From the IMG/VR virus record IMGVR_UViG_3300020048_000072, positions 28,534 to 92,533 of that record: 64,000 nt of DNA, one strand, 5' to 3'. The notes below the pieces were generated by a model, which made no database searches, was not told where the DNA came from, and was given only the letters and a program-made list of their open reading frames with translations. Of the stretch, positions 40,001 to 50,400 are shown one piece after another. The stretch comes from a virus. Position 1 is the first letter of the stretch. Each line of letters begins with the position of its first letter. The translations under genes and the position numbers were made by a program.

Positions 40001-41658
40001 AATGAGTTTTGAAGAGCACTAACACTAAGAAGTGCCATCGCACCAATAGTAGGAAGGTTTCTTGAAATAACTCCACCAACACCACCACCAACAACACCTC
40101 CGTTAGAAAATTTAGCTATTTTTCCTTCATTAAGATTTTTAAAGAATTCTGTTCCATATTTATTAACAGATTGTTTTCTTACTACGAATTCTCCTGGCAT
40201 AGCAGCAATAAGTTCAGTGTCTTTATTTCCAACACCACCAATTTCTCCCCCCTTAGCAAATGGTGCGATTGTTCTTGAACTAACTTTTGCTCTTATACCA
40301 GTAGTGAAATTACCTATACCTTTTGCTAATAGCGGAGCAAAAACTAAAGCCATTGGGGCTATCAAACCCTCTAATACTGTTCCAAGACGAATTAATTGTC
40401 TTGTTAGATCAATAATTATTTGACTAACTACTTTAAAGGTAGCACTATTTCCAAACTGTCGAAGTAAAGCTTGGAACTCTTCATTTACCTTTTTAATTTG
40501 AATAGCTAAAGATTCTTGTCTTTTATCAGCATCCTCAGTTAATGAATTAGTGCCTCTTAATGCAACACCAAGAGCATTTTCCGAAGTAGCGAATTGTTGC
40601 ACTAAAGGAATAACTTTAGAGATTTGTCGGAAACCACCAAGCTCTTCAACAATTTGTGCGAATCTAGGGTCAGCAGAATCTAATTGACCTAGAGCCTCGC
40701 TAAGTCTTTCTACTGCTTTATATGGGCCAACGAACAAACCTTCTTTACCTAGCTTCCTAGCTTCTTCACCAACATCCTTTAAATCTACTCCCAAATCTCC
40801 TAAGAAGTTTTGAGTTCTTGATCTTTGAATACGTGTGAAAATTGTTCGGAAACCAGTAGCAATAGAATCTGCACTTTCTCGGGTTGTTGCCCTAACAGAT
40901 GTGAATAGAGAAATAAGTTCTTCTAGAGTACCACCAGCGGCAGCGAAAGCACCCCCTGTTCTTTGAATAGCAGAAGTAATGTCTCCAGATTCTACAGCAA
41001 ATTTTGCCGACACAGAGTTAATAGAAGAAAGCTTTGCCTCTAGTTGATCTACATTAAGTCCGAACTGTCTTAGAATAGCAATAGAAGATTCTGCTGTTCT
41101 ATTTATATTATCGAACGTTGGAGCAAGATCAGATTTCGCTAATGCTTGTAAAGCAACCCTAACCTCTCTAGCATTAAGACCAGCCTGTGCTAGTACTTGA
41201 GATGCATCTAGAAGTTCTGTAGATGAGACTCCGAGTGTAGTTGAAAGCCTGTCTATTTCTGCTGTTAATGCTCCAAGAGAAGAAAGAGATTCGCCAGTAA
41301 CCTGTCTGATCTTTACTAGTTGATCTTGGAATTGAATAGCTTCTTTAATACCCTGATTAACAGAGCGAATAAATTTAAAGAATCCTGCTGTGGCGAGTGT
41401 ATACGCACCGAACCGGCGAATAGTAATGGCTGTTTGTCTACCGAAAGCTTCCATACTATCAGCAGCTTTAAGAGAATCAGCAGAAGTTCTTCTTAAACTC
41501 CTACCAACTTCATCTATTTTTCTACTGGCAGTAGAATTAACACCAACATTAACTTTAATATTGATATTTTCTAACTTATCACGTATCAGTCTTGATACTT
41601 GATCTAGGTTGCCTGGTTTTTGTAGATTTAGAGCCGCACTGAGAGCAAAATCAGCCAT
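34075..41658 (-). CDS. Tail tape measure protein (2527 aa) with C-terminal zincin-like domain
   Basis: TP901-type core (LAQAG...ATTRESADSIATGFRTIFTRI); two GG...DT...GEFVV motifs; HEAGH...ETFA. Confidence 0.9.
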   Translation of the reverse strand: MADFALSAALNLQKPGNLDQVSRLIRDKLENINIKVNVGVNSTASRKIDEVGRSLRRTSADSLKAADSMEAFGRQTAITIRRFGAYTLATAGFFKFIRSVNQGIKEAIQFQDQLVKIRQVTGESLSSLGALTAEIDRLSTTLGVSSTELLDASQVLAQAGLNAREVRVALQALAKSDLAPTFDNINRTAESSIAILRQFGLNVDQLEAKLSSINSVSAKFAVESGDITSAIQRTGGAFAAAGGTLEELISLFTSVRATTRESADSIATGFRTIFTRIQRSRTQNFLGDLGVDLKDVGEEARKLGKEGLFVGPYKAVERLSEALGQLDSADPRFAQIVEELGGFRQISKVIPLVQQFATSENALGVALRGTNSLTEDADKRQESLAIQIKKVNEEFQALLRQFGNSATFKVVSQIIIDLTRQLIRLGTVLEGLIAPMALVFAPLLAKGIGNFTTGIRAKVSSRTIAPFAKGGEIGGVGNKDTELIAAMPGEFVVRKQSVNKYGTEFFKNLNEGKIAKFSNGGVVGGGVGGVISRNLPTIGAMALLSVSALQNSFGGLDKETIKLTSTVTAAVLQFAIMSSIIKTGSPGLAKLGTAIESAKKRIESGEGRLSAAKQELEISNKGFSARKGVSYERLIQLNEGLKRTNVGGEDSEELKKRVSVVKNNLLNQYKNDRELVKQTIPQGKTRDKYLISLDKKFIKDNEELAKKTKIAKDSLKKLSPNIRLSELNEDQNKLTEKYKKDREFIKTNRPAGSSRNAELQKLNNDFIKEKSIIDAKKAPVQQALDKKDAIKNEIKSIQRKIAEEDNLIKKQKEAISQEEERIQKNKDLQAKYESQEKLINRLNIGLAVSATILTAFGSVLSATASDNLSKLREGQNIDVDSTRRSFVAGGTGTAGGAGLLGGFALVNMVSSIAKITPVAAGVVTALTGLGAAIYGYINSQKEFEKQLNLIDIEKTSVGLSNRLSDLQQGSNPRVIGSQINDAIAKITGQLVVETDKDPRDSLNATLESSVSGLIDFINKTRSISSSLESFRSVVSTNTLQLVADKTGKSLEEYITSIDEAIKRQNENTSGLENATRNIRQLEIGIISQRALNAAAQTSADSLQNFSTGLNQVVTNSAVSFGSGISGIFNSISSGVASRRDEGQLNQFASNFGPAAGSLAKTSIDAAKAIELLPNALLQIRAQDPLGGGTGAFTDRLAVLLDNANIGTEVRNAILDQITNIIGPEGKDQTVIERINKDLVGVIDEISSGLISRNKDTFTQLESSTITALKNFSEGLDNARKSLEEITDRRLTKVDNRQLFQGIRAGVLGKSNFGEQRNLERTRTNIVTGGRSSGRLLQDLRSSEDKEIELRNQLSQTQDLEARKRIISSINSEQIARDKAKRGLEFLADVSNRTAIAQKQLEGATKERLTKRDLAIQSVFATPQERAKQGFILENARNAIQAESADVIPPDLRQDVLSLLQSLGDTRIGALGGLSGNEAIDKILARQLGVAGIKEEGILTPGEEENRLLKEIQNGVIQANAIQQALINKQGEQNNRFISDLDTSFDIFLKGLNIQISEIFTRERETRSLSVKGDINALNTQKQAGEKISFLSGVDPQTVFNSFDSIKNLVTEQNKINNQLSGLGSLQKELRGSIDKVIGDGVSGKSGSEILSGIISNLNVNKETKDFLGSELRGGGFASIIKDIENAISEGYTSIGRSGAQLSKEQFNKQISDIVASTTSNDFSKLIPTIIKNLRDNLGLTEIDRSNLASSVGGDDNLANIISNLSLLEPIIKGLPQNVEFGKLDESIRVLILKLDSINPANNPPPPTPIGRSTGGRVGYGSSKKDTIPAMLADGEYVVQSSAVNKYGVGFLDKLNKGSLKGFKDGGFNGKRKKIEDVFNLSQDKDMSYRAPFNNEGGGFLGSIFKTLQETYTEDFPKNIKDLNNFNTIESLTGIKGQNLFPVDKKGNSSWLPRIPEKRSFDGLEDFIKNSENYEFWKYSDDDILKNRNRDAEGFSKDPLETERAKPFIEANKEYQRLLDGGNPLESGGAQRGNLRTNRKDKNTAIAEARQKLISSFREREAIQREGLLNGPKFKLNDKDSKRFGMDSGSELNSLQYLDADFKARQIADKKAEEFRAANADKLAAIREKVANENKGLSLEQIAQKRRDRLATLPKVQPIKDDFKPTPIRSDVKPDIKDILPSMPKPDVVPKPAVVPKPAVVPEGKAKSQLSFLDAATKFNFPKELAKTINDYGVSVKSADKVTDIDPSLSSQSPRGQAGTKFEDIKGLYRSSSKEIFMRNDSGANVFNHEAGHAFDYGKGTISDSKEFRAAYMKDSSSLSKKDRDRFKYLLQDGDGGRRETFATIFDSIIRNNSSSSKFFPGTTKLIQDKINPKNKAQTKLTSSNIKRMPNGRNDFIKERSIIPTQQRNSINQQAQQAQTINTRRRSPMIPSGAAAIGQPEQIDTTAINALNASITQFNSTATALAKAISTIPSTITLTGNHRVEVILNGGQVLAEMVPSIQKMIVSTTDAQLNRFIEQKFPEVGPMV
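35056..35112 (-). repeat. 18-bp tandem repeat encoding PKP(A/D)VV x3
   Basis: ggaacaacggcaggtttt repeated. Confidence 0.9.
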
Positions 41659-41687
41659 TACTATTCCTTAATCATCTGAGTCGATAA

Positions 41688-42365
41688 TCACTCAGTCTTA
41701 TTTACTGGTTCACCGTTCTTAAGGAAAGGTTTAAATTCAACAACCTCTTCCTCTTCTACGACCTCTTCTTCAATTAACTGAAGTTCATCATCAATAAACC
41801 CATACTCTAAAAGGAAAGAGTTTTCTGGCAATGTTTTTTCAAAGTTCTTAAATTCGTAAATAATATCAGCAAGAGCAGATGCACACTGATATGAATAATC
41901 TTCTGATTTCTTACCGAGATAATCTTGGTAAGAAGAATAGACCTTATTTCCCTCTTCGTCGAAAACACATTCGGAAACCAATGCATCAAAATAAGCATTG
42001 TCAGATTGTGCCTCTACAGTAAGTTCGTCGAACTCTCTTTCTTTTGCAGTTAAAAGTAGAAGTTTATATCGTAGAAGCTTAAGGGTTAACGCAACCTCTT
42101 TAGCTTCTTGAAGTTCAATTCCACCTTTCTTAAGAATAACTTCCTTTTCTTCTATTTGTTTCCTAAGATCATTAAGTTCATTCTCTTTCTCATCATTCCA
42201 AAAACCTCTGTTACGAAGAATATTATAAAGTTCCTCTCTTAAAAAAAATTCATCAGAAGAGATAGATCTTTTAAAAACTTTGTTAGATTCAAGCTTGGCC
42301 CGAGATAGTTCTTTTTGTCCTGGCTTTTTAACAACATATACTTTTTCGTCAACTGTTACCTTCAT
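41688..42365 (-). CDS. Probable tail assembly chaperone
   Basis: Acidic helical protein directly upstream of the tape measure gene (position only). Confidence 0.45.
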   Translation of the reverse strand: MKVTVDEKVYVVKKPGQKELSRAKLESNKVFKRSISSDEFFLREELYNILRNRGFWNDEKENELNDLRKQIEEKEVILKKGGIELQEAKEVALTLKLLRYKLLLLTAKEREFDELTVEAQSDNAYFDALVSECVFDEEGNKVYSSYQDYLGKKSEDYSYQCASALADIIYEFKNFEKTLPENSFLLEYGFIDDELQLIEEEVVEEEEVVEFKPFLKNGEPVNKTE

Positions 42366-42408
42366 TTTTTTCCTCTTACTAAATACGAATCTGTGTCATT
42401 AACTAATA

Positions 42409-42419
42409 ATTTTTACACG
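42409..42419 (-). promoter_or_regulatory. Candidate late promoter (chaperone/tape measure)
   Basis: CGTGTAAAAAT. Confidence 0.45.
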
Positions 42420-42420
42420 C

Positions 42421-42732
42421 TTACTTTCTTTTTACTAGGTTTTTAGGAACGTACGATTTACTCTCTATATTATAGTTGTTTATATCATCTTTAATTTTAA
42501 GAATTTGTTCATTTCCAAGGTCTAATATTCTCTTTCTAGCATCCCTGAACTTCTCTAAAAAATCCATCCTAGTTTCCTCATCTGAAAAATAGGTAGAAAA
42601 ACACTTCTCTATAGCATCAAGAGAACCTATCATTGTTGTCTTAATCTTTTTAGATATGTCGTCTAATAAAATCTTTTTAGATATCTCCTCATTATCTTTT
42701 TTCCGTTTGATATCATCATTAATATTCATCAA
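42421..42732 (-). CDS. Hypothetical protein
   Basis: Overlapping ORF in the tail module. Confidence 0.7.
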   Translation of the reverse strand: MMNINDDIKRKKDNEEISKKILLDDISKKIKTTMIGSLDAIEKCFSTYFSDEETRMDFLEKFRDARKRILDLGNEQILKIKDDINNYNIESKSYVPKNLVKRK

Positions 42733-43721
42733 CCTTTCCTTTCTAAAGACAATCTGTTTGCCTCTATCATTAATCTTTTTTTAACATCTGGTAATTCACT
42801 CTCGTTTAATTCACCTTTTTCTGCTAAAGCTTTTTGTCTTTGTTCTTTTATTCTCTTGACGTCAGGACTATTTCTATTTTCTATTTCTTTAGCCTCGTCA
42901 ATATTATTAGCAATTATATATTGTTCTTGTGCTCTTGATATTTTACTGTTGATTTTTTCACCTTCATCTTTAGATGACTGAAGAAGTAACCAACCATCGA
43001 GCATATCATCATCATCTATTACAAAGCTCTCAGGTGGCTCAGATGACTCTTGAATAGAATCATACATCCTAGACCACATTAACAACAATTGTTGCTGTGT
43101 GGTCATCTGACAGCCTTGTGGAAAGACAACACCATTAACCTTGTATGCAGACCACATATTCGTCCACGGTTGACTTCTAGAAAGTGAACGAATTGTAGAA
43201 GGTAGGATAGTATTATTAATATAGTGCGATATTGCTTTGTCTATATTAACTTTTTTAAAAGAGCATTTTTTACCACTGCAGAAAGTTATTTCTCTAACCA
43301 GAGCACTTACTTTACAGTAATTAGCATAACCTTCGACAGTGTAAGAATTATTTTTCTGAATAATATTAAGTATGTTAGCTTGTCTCTTTCTGTTCAAAGC
43401 TATATACTTTCTTATCTTCTTTACGTCGTCTTCTCTTTTTCTACTAATATACAGTTCTTTCTGGAAGCTTTCCACTTCTTTTTGACAAAATTCTAAAAAA
43501 AGAATATCGTCATCCTTAATAAAGCCCTTTTCTAAACAAAAATCCGTCAACTCATCTTGTAAAAGTAAACCTTTACTGAGAGCTTCGTCGTAACTTTTTT
43601 TGAAAATATAATTAACTTTATGTTGAATTGACAAATTTGGTGGGTATAAAATGTATTTATCCCATATGATCTCACCCGAGAGTATCTGACTAATCAAATA
43701 CTCTCGGTCAAAAAAATCCAT
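42729..43721 (-). CDS. Hypothetical protein (possible tail assembly chaperone)
   Basis: Between the tail tube and tape measure genes; WSRMYD...DDDDMLDGW. Confidence 0.6.
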   Translation of the reverse strand: MDFFDREYLISQILSGEIIWDKYILYPPNLSIQHKVNYIFKKSYDEALSKGLLLQDELTDFCLEKGFIKDDDILFLEFCQKEVESFQKELYISRKREDDVKKIRKYIALNRKRQANILNIIQKNNSYTVEGYANYCKVSALVREITFCSGKKCSFKKVNIDKAISHYINNTILPSTIRSLSRSQPWTNMWSAYKVNGVVFPQGCQMTTQQQLLLMWSRMYDSIQESSEPPESFVIDDDDMLDGWLLLQSSKDEGEKINSKISRAQEQYIIANNIDEAKEIENRNSPDVKRIKEQRQKALAEKGELNESELPDVKKRLMIEANRLSLERKG

Positions 43722-43724
43722 TGT

Positions 43725-44759
43725 TTAGAAACCTGCTGGGTCGTTTGGTTGAGTAATTGTTAATTGACTCGATCCGTTACGGAAAGAATAAGTAACTGTC
43801 TCATTACCACCACCAGTATCTCCACCACCTTGAGTAACGCCAACTAACTTGTTGCGACTACCAAGATCAAAAATAGTACCATCATCAAGAACAATCTTAA
43901 TTACTTGTTCTGTGGTGTTATTACCTTTTCCATCAAGACCGGCTTCGGTTGCATCAACAAGGTCACCGTCTGTGGTTGTAACCACGAAATCAGTATTCAC
44001 TTGAATAGGTAGAGTTGGGAACTTAAAGTAAGGGTTCTTACGACCAAGTTCAAGAATATCTTCTCTTCCTAAGTCAGCATTGATGGTAATTTCAGAAACG
44101 TGAGCACGGAATTCTCCGGCAACAATTTCTGGATTAAATCCACTAACACCAACACCAGGAATACCAGCGGTGCCCCAAGGAATTCTAGACGCTGTTGCAG
44201 CAGTTCCAAATTTAACTTGTTGTCGTCTTTGTAAACCAGAGATTGGAGAATCTGTGTTATTAAACAATGAACCGGAGAAGGTAAATCCGCTCAATAGCCA
44301 TTTCTTATGGTTACCAACTAAGGTTACAGATTCTGTAATATTCCCTTCTGACGGTAAAGAATAAGATAATGAGTTAACGAATAATCCGGAACAAGTAACT
44401 TGACTATTTGGAGTACCAGAAGCAGAGTCTTGAGTATCACCGAAAATACTCATTACGAATGCTGCCTTTTCTTTCGATCTACCAATTAGTGTTGGTGATG
44501 TAGCGGTTGGTGTTGCTAAGTGATACATCAACGGATAACCGTCTAAAACCTTTTCTAGAGTAACTTCAACATCTGGTAAATCTTCTGGCTGCGCGTATGT
44601 CGCAGCTTGTCCAATCTCAAACACATCTTCAATATTAAAAGTTGTGTTAATACCTATTGTTTGTAATCCGTGAGCTACTGTAACAGTGGATGATCCGTTT
44701 GGAGCAAATCCACCAGCTTTAACAGCAAAATAAATTCTTTTATTACTGAATTGTGCCAT
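43725..44759 (-). CDS. Major tail tube protein
   Basis: Position after the neck genes; Gly/Thr-rich beta protein, VFEIGQ, LGREDILELG, VTYSF; own promoter-like motif. Confidence 0.72.
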   Translation of the reverse strand: MAQFSNKRIYFAVKAGGFAPNGSSTVTVAHGLQTIGINTTFNIEDVFEIGQAATYAQPEDLPDVEVTLEKVLDGYPLMYHLATPTATSPTLIGRSKEKAAFVMSIFGDTQDSASGTPNSQVTCSGLFVNSLSYSLPSEGNITESVTLVGNHKKWLLSGFTFSGSLFNNTDSPISGLQRRQQVKFGTAATASRIPWGTAGIPGVGVSGFNPEIVAGEFRAHVSEITINADLGREDILELGRKNPYFKFPTLPIQVNTDFVVTTTDGDLVDATEAGLDGKGNNTTEQVIKIVLDDGTIFDLGSRNKLVGVTQGGGDTGGGNETVTYSFRNGSSQLTITQPNDPAGF

Positions 44760-44814
44760 TCTATTCTTCCTTTTATACTATTTAGTAAAAATGTTGTTTT
44801 ATACTTATCTATAA

Positions 44815-44825
44815 ACTAATACACC
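44815..44825 (-). promoter_or_regulatory. Candidate late promoter (tail tube)
   Basis: GGTGTATTAGT. Confidence 0.5.
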
Positions 44826-44840
44826 TATAAATATAAAACG

Positions 44841-45728
44841 TTAAAAAACGCATTCTAATTCCATTCTAGCTGTTAAATGAAATAAATCACCGTTGATCTT
44901 ATTTAACTTTTCTAATCTTAAATCTGACACATATACTTTTTTGGCGAAGACTTTTGAATAGGGAAAATTCTCTGATAAATATATATATGTTCCAGATGAA
45001 TTGTTTAAAGACCCATCGTAATTTATTGGATAAAATCCAGAACTTGCGGCCTGATCTCTATCAAACAGAACAAAGACTTTATCCTTTTGATAAGATAGAT
45101 AATCTCCTATCCTTTTAGCTACTCTATTATCTGTACATAATACATTACATAAAACCCGCGTCTTCATATTCTGACTTAGATTACCAAGTTCAAATGGTTT
45201 AGAATTTCTATCTGTTAATACTTCTAATCCTATTGCTGGTAGTTGTATTCTTCTATCCGGCAAAACATATCCAGAACCGTTAATAAATAAATTGTCTGTA
45301 ACATCGAAAGATTCTTTGTCACCATCAAATATTCTATTTTCATCAGCATCGAAAACATGAATATATTTATAACTATGATTAACTTCTACTGTTGAACCGG
45401 TTGATATTGCTGTGTCAAATAATACAGAACCATCTCTATAAGACACTGTATATCCGCTGGTCATTAATGTATTATTAACCCACACACCACTTATTGGAAT
45501 TCCTATTCCATTTTCCCAAACCCAGTTTTTTCTTCTAGAAGCCCATAATTTACCTGTAGATTCTCTTGGATCTTTTACATGGTATAGTTTTGCATTTATT
45601 GAAGGTCTTTGAATATTTATATATCCTCCCTTCTCAACAAAACCATAGTCTAAATAGTATAAAAGATTATCTGTTAATACTTCAGATAAACCAGACTCAT
45701 CAAAACTTTGAAATCCACGTAAGCTCAT
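44841..45728 (-). CDS. Neck/tail terminator-like protein
   Basis: Precedes the tail tube gene; IQLPAIGLE...PFELG. Confidence 0.55.
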   Translation of the reverse strand: MSLRGFQSFDESGLSEVLTDNLLYYLDYGFVEKGGYINIQRPSINAKLYHVKDPRESTGKLWASRRKNWVWENGIGIPISGVWVNNTLMTSGYTVSYRDGSVLFDTAISTGSTVEVNHSYKYIHVFDADENRIFDGDKESFDVTDNLFINGSGYVLPDRRIQLPAIGLEVLTDRNSKPFELGNLSQNMKTRVLCNVLCTDNRVAKRIGDYLSYQKDKVFVLFDRDQAASSGFYPINYDGSLNNSSGTYIYLSENFPYSKVFAKKVYVSDLRLEKLNKINGDLFHLTARMELECVF

Positions 45729-46381
45729 TATAGGTTCCTAATTATTTCGCTTTTGATAATAACTGAGTATTTTTGAGATATCTCTTCTAATGACTCATTT
45801 AATGATCTTGTTAACCAGTTATTTCCAGAAACACCTTGATGAGAAGTAGGAACTCTAAAACCACCAGATTTAGCTTTTATCATAATACCGTCGCCGCTTC
45901 TACTATATTCTGGTGATCCAGGCTTAAACTTAAATCCAGTGATAACAAACTTATTTCCTTCTAAAAGTAGCCATCTTGCCCAATCTATAGAATCTCCTTT
46001 CTCTGTTATAAAATAAGCACTGTTTGAATCTAGTGCTTCATCTAAAGATTCTTTAAGAACGAAAATTTGTATACCGCCACCAAGTATTCTTTTTATACCT
46101 GGCTTGAATTGAGAAAACTCTACGCGAACATTTTTAGAAGCTTCTTCTAGAAAACCGTCCACCAGATTTATAGCATCCTCAGGATAAAAACCAAATTGGT
46201 GAAATAGATCACTACCTGGACTAATCAAAGATTGATAGGTTGGTGTTTGTTTCCATATATCTAAACTTTCTCTTCCTATTCTTAATTCTATATCATGTAT
46301 AGCTCTTTCTGTGGCCTTATTAAGAACTCTTGTGGCAGCACCAACTATACCATCTTTTACTCTTTTAAAGAAACCCGCCAT
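45728..46381 (-). CDS. Neck/tail completion protein (putative)
   Basis: Position in the head-tail joining module. Confidence 0.45.
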   Translation of the reverse strand: MAGFFKRVKDGIVGAATRVLNKATERAIHDIELRIGRESLDIWKQTPTYQSLISPGSDLFHQFGFYPEDAINLVDGFLEEASKNVRVEFSQFKPGIKRILGGGIQIFVLKESLDEALDSNSAYFITEKGDSIDWARWLLLEGNKFVITGFKFKPGSPEYSRSGDGIMIKAKSGGFRVPTSHQGVSGNNWLTRSLNESLEEISQKYSVIIKSEIIRNL

Positions 46382-46866
46382 TACTTTCTAGCCCCATAAC
46401 ACATAAATTGTGAAGATCCAAAACCAAATGGAACAGGAGAAGAAATTAACTCATACCTAAAATCAGCAAATTCGGTATCAGAAAATATACAAAAATAATC
46501 TGCCTTTATAATCTTTTGTAACTGATTCATAGGTCCGATTATTTGTATTTCTCCATTAGGGAAATTTACATTTCCTAGGTTAATAGAATCTTTTTTTCTA
46601 AGAGAAGAATTATAAACCCTTAGTCTTATCTCTTCACTCGTTTCTTCTTGTATATAGTTTTTACCATTACAAGTTGGACACGGACCAAATGTAAACGGGG
46701 TGTCACCAGTGCTATTATATTTATTTGGGTGGCCAGGAATACAGTTTGGACAATTCTGTTTAGATAGATAAACTAATCTTACCTTTTCAGATATATGCTC
46801 GTTTGTATATAACTCGTTTACGATAGTATAATAATCGTCGAAAATTCCTTCTGGTATAAATGTCAT
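46381..46866 (-). CDS. Head closure (stopper)-like protein with Zn ribbon
   Basis: CPNC...CPTCNG; C-terminal YELISSPVPFGFG; position. Confidence 0.5.
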   Translation of the reverse strand: MTFIPEGIFDDYYTIVNELYTNEHISEKVRLVYLSKQNCPNCIPGHPNKYNSTGDTPFTFGPCPTCNGKNYIQEETSEEIRLRVYNSSLRKKDSINLGNVNFPNGEIQIIGPMNQLQKIIKADYFCIFSDTEFADFRYELISSPVPFGFGSSQFMCYGARK

Positions 46867-46941
46867 TTTAGTTTAATTCTATTCAGTTTGGAGACTAGCC
46901 ACATAAAGATACGATATATTATACAAACCTTATTCTTCTTT

Positions 46942-47451
46942 TTATAATTCTTGTTGAAAGTTTACGTTTACCTCTGAACCAAGAAACATAGTATAGCCTC
47001 CAAGCATAAGAGCTAATAGACTGTCACTTGGTAGTTCTTCTCCAAATGAGTTTCCTGGAACAATCTTATCTCCATCTGATGCAGTCATATGTTCGTGTGC
47101 GGCATCTTTCCATTCTGACCATTTTCGCACAATATTCGTGCCAGTCTCATCAAAATAAGATCTGTTAGAAATACCTTGTGGAACCTGTCCTGCATATCTT
47201 GCTGGACTCATCTTAATATATATAGGAGCACCTTCTACTTTAAATCCTTCTGATAGTGCTAGAAGAATTGGAGTCATAGACATATTTTCATGGTCTAATT
47301 CTACAGAACTAATCCCATGTACAGTTCTTGAAATAACAGTAGTGTGACCTTTAGCGAAATCAAACCAAGATTTAAGTGGAATTGAAGGAGTTCCACCTAA
47401 AATTGCGTCTGTTACTTTTTTTGTATCGCCTGATATTGTTACGCGTGCCAT
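46942..47451 (-). CDS. Hypothetical protein downstream of the LamG fibre gene
   Basis: Intact ORF with GGAG ribosome-binding site. Confidence 0.65.
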   Translation of the reverse strand: MARVTISGDTKKVTDAILGGTPSIPLKSWFDFAKGHTTVISRTVHGISSVELDHENMSMTPILLALSEGFKVEGAPIYIKMSPARYAGQVPQGISNRSYFDETGTNIVRKWSEWKDAAHEHMTASDGDKIVPGNSFGEELPSDSLLALMLGGYTMFLGSEVNVNFQQEL

Positions 47452-47460
47452 AAAATTCTC

Positions 47461-50400
47461 CTATGATGTATATTCGATTAGATTGGTTAAGTCTTCACTA
47501 GTTGCTGCACTTCGAAGAATAACAAATCGGTCATCCCCATCTGTATCAGTGCGGCGGAACTTGGTGTTGATTGGCTTGATAGCCCTGAAAGCGTTGTCCG
47601 TAGACGGCATTCTCGCATCCGTGGTATTTGCCCAAATGCTTGTGAGAGTGCCTTTTACCGCAGTGCTGAGTGTGCTTTCCACGCCATCAGTGTAGAGGGT
47701 AAGGTCAGCACCAGAGCCAGCCGTAAGAGGTATTTCTTTCGTTACTCCGCCTGTGGTGACTGTGAGGTAGGCAACGCGTCCGTTGTTGTATCTATCTGCT
47801 CCAAGCCCCGCCACCAAGCGAAGCAACCAGCTATTAACTTGGAGGATTGTTTTGTTCGCTATTGTCTGAGTACCAGTTACAACATTTCCTCCGAGAGTTG
47901 CGCATGTAGCAGTAAATACATTACCAACACGAGTTAGTGTAATTTTATGCCATGAACCAGCCGTTAATGATGCAGTAAGTATAATGGCTAATTGAGTATC
48001 CCCATCACAATATACTCTCATTGATCCCGCTACAGCACCTGCAACACCAAAATTTGCTTCAATAGAGAATCTTTGTCCGCCAGGACCATATTGTGAGAAA
48101 ATAGATCGAAGTGTAGTATCATTAGTTACATGGTAGTACCAAATATTCAGCTCAAAATCAGCCGTTCCAGGCACTAGTGGAGAGCCTAAATCTACGTAGT
48201 TATCTGAGCCATTACCCGTCAAACAAGGCAACGCCTCATAGGAAGGGATAGCTAGTGGGTTGTATTCTGCCGCATCATATGGGTCGTGATTGAGGCGGGA
48301 GTAAGGGTTGCTGTACTTTCCAGCCGTGCCAACTAAGCTTAGAGTGTCTACGCAATAGCTGCCTAATGGAGAGCCGGGGACGTAGCTACGGGAGGTCTGA
48401 GCTACGGTATAGGTTCTTGCGTACGGTAACTCTTCATTAGAAGCCGAGAACTGCGCACCCCATGCGTAAATGGTTTGTGCTGGTGTGGCTGTTTGCGTAG
48501 CATCACGCCTGTCTGTACCAAACATAATGTAGGGGAAGGCTTGAGCAGTAAAGGTGAAGCTATATCTAACCCATTCAGTCGTTAGTGTGCATTTCTGACT
48601 TAGATAAGTTACACCAGATACCGACATCAACCAGACTTCTTCACCACCAACCGCACCTTTGAGCCATATCGACAAAGTGTATTGCACGCCAGTTGTATAG
48701 CCTGAAACGTCAGCGTAGCTAATATATCTGACAGCGTAGCTAGCACCACCAGACACCGCAGGGTATGCAAGCGTACAGCCACGACTAGAGCCATCAGGGG
48801 CAGTGGTTGAGTTAGCAGTGACCGTAATCGAGCCTACGCTGCTGCTGGTGAGCCAAGGAGTGGTGTGCAGTGCTTCACTGCCGAGTACACGATTCTCACC
48901 CGCCCAGCGTCCACCGTAGAGCATAGCCACGTCTTGAGTCTTACCACCGTTGAGAGTGCCCCAAAATGTGCTTTCAGTGATGCCTGTCCAATTCAAGTGA
49001 TTGCCGTTTCCAGAAATATCATAAGATACTAATCCACCACCTTCCTGCATTGGCCACCAGCAGAGCAAGCTGGTTAAGTCAGGATTTCCGTTAGCTATCG
49101 CACGTACTTCTGCCGCTGATTTGGCTACGCTGTATATCCGCATGTCAGCAAGTTGACCGCTGAATAAGTACCCACCAGTTGTAAACCGCCCTACGTTAAC
49201 TAATGTGTTATTGTCGGCTGGCATGGCTAAAACCGTACCGGAGGATACCGAAACACCATCAACGTATAATGTTCCTGTTGTTCCGCTAACTGTGGCGAAA
49301 ATGTGATGGAAGCCAGCAGACAATCTAGTGTGCGAAAAGGTTACGTCAGGACTAGAGCCAATTCGTAGGTAAATCGCACCTCCAACAAGAAATAGCCCCC
49401 ATTGGTTGTTTGTGCCTTTTGTGATTATCATGTGGCTTGGGATTCCTGCCCAGTTGCTTATTTTAACCCACCCGCCAAAACTCATGTTGCTTGCAATGAT
49501 ATTCGTTGCTGTCGGCGCACCAAAGTCATTCGAGCCGTCTAACGTAGCGCAAGGCGATTCAATCGTAGCAGGATAGGGAGCTTGCCCGGTAAACTGTAGC
49601 AGTGAGCCGTTAATTGCCTTGGTGGTGTCTGACTCATCCTGAGGGATAGAGATAACAGCCGTACCGTTAGTTAAGGTTAGGTTATTGCGGTTGCCTGATA
49701 CGTCATCATTACCGTAGTATTGAGCGACTAAACCAGTGGTGTCTGCTGCACCCGTGGCGATAATGGCGATCTCAGCGTCAGACTTAGCTACGTTATATAT
49801 CCTAACATCACTTAATGAGCCGTTGTAGTAATATACATTCACTCCTCCGAGCCGACCAAGAGTAAACACAGAGGAAGCGTCATTGTTAGGGTTATGTGCT
49901 GTCGTGGCGGTGGAATCCAGCACACCATTGATATAAATCTTAAATGTCCAGTTTCCTGTAGAGCCTGAGCGAGTCGCGGCAACATGCGTCCAAGCATTAG
50001 CCGTTACTGAACCTGTACTTGTGAGTGCTACTGATGCTGAGTTTGGAAGTATTGTAATTTTTCCAGATGTTCTACCCACCTCAAGCGTATAATCTAGCAG
50101 ATAACCAATACCAGCATTGGAAACAATAGCTTGGTGCACATTCACAACTGCTGGTCTTATCCACGCCGAAATCGTGTAAGCACCCAGTGCAGCGATGTTA
50201 GAGCCTAAAGTCGCATAATCATCCGTTCCATCAAAGAACATGCCGCGGGTGTAGCCCACGTTATTCGCAGGGTTATAATTCACTCCTTGGTCTACTGCGT
50301 GGAATGTCGCAGGGGTGATATTCGCCAGCGTCAGGTGGTTGTCATTACCAGAGGAGTCAAAGCCAGTCGTTCCAGCTTCCTCATTGCACCAGTAATGGGC

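Noticed and set aside
34535-41602. Several + strand ORFs inside the tape measure gene (e.g. 36101-36808)
   Set aside because: Antisense shadows with no recognisable motifs
41659-43721. Lambda G/GT-type chaperone frameshift before the tape measure gene
   Set aside because: No slippery site joining two of these ORFs was identified; each has its own start
43725-44759. Contractile tail sheath gene
   Set aside because: No sheath-sized gene lies next to the tube gene and no baseplate wedge genes were recognised
46870-46940. tRNA-like sequence (GTCTCCAAAC on the minus strand)
   Set aside because: No T-loop, acceptor stem or cloverleaf could be built
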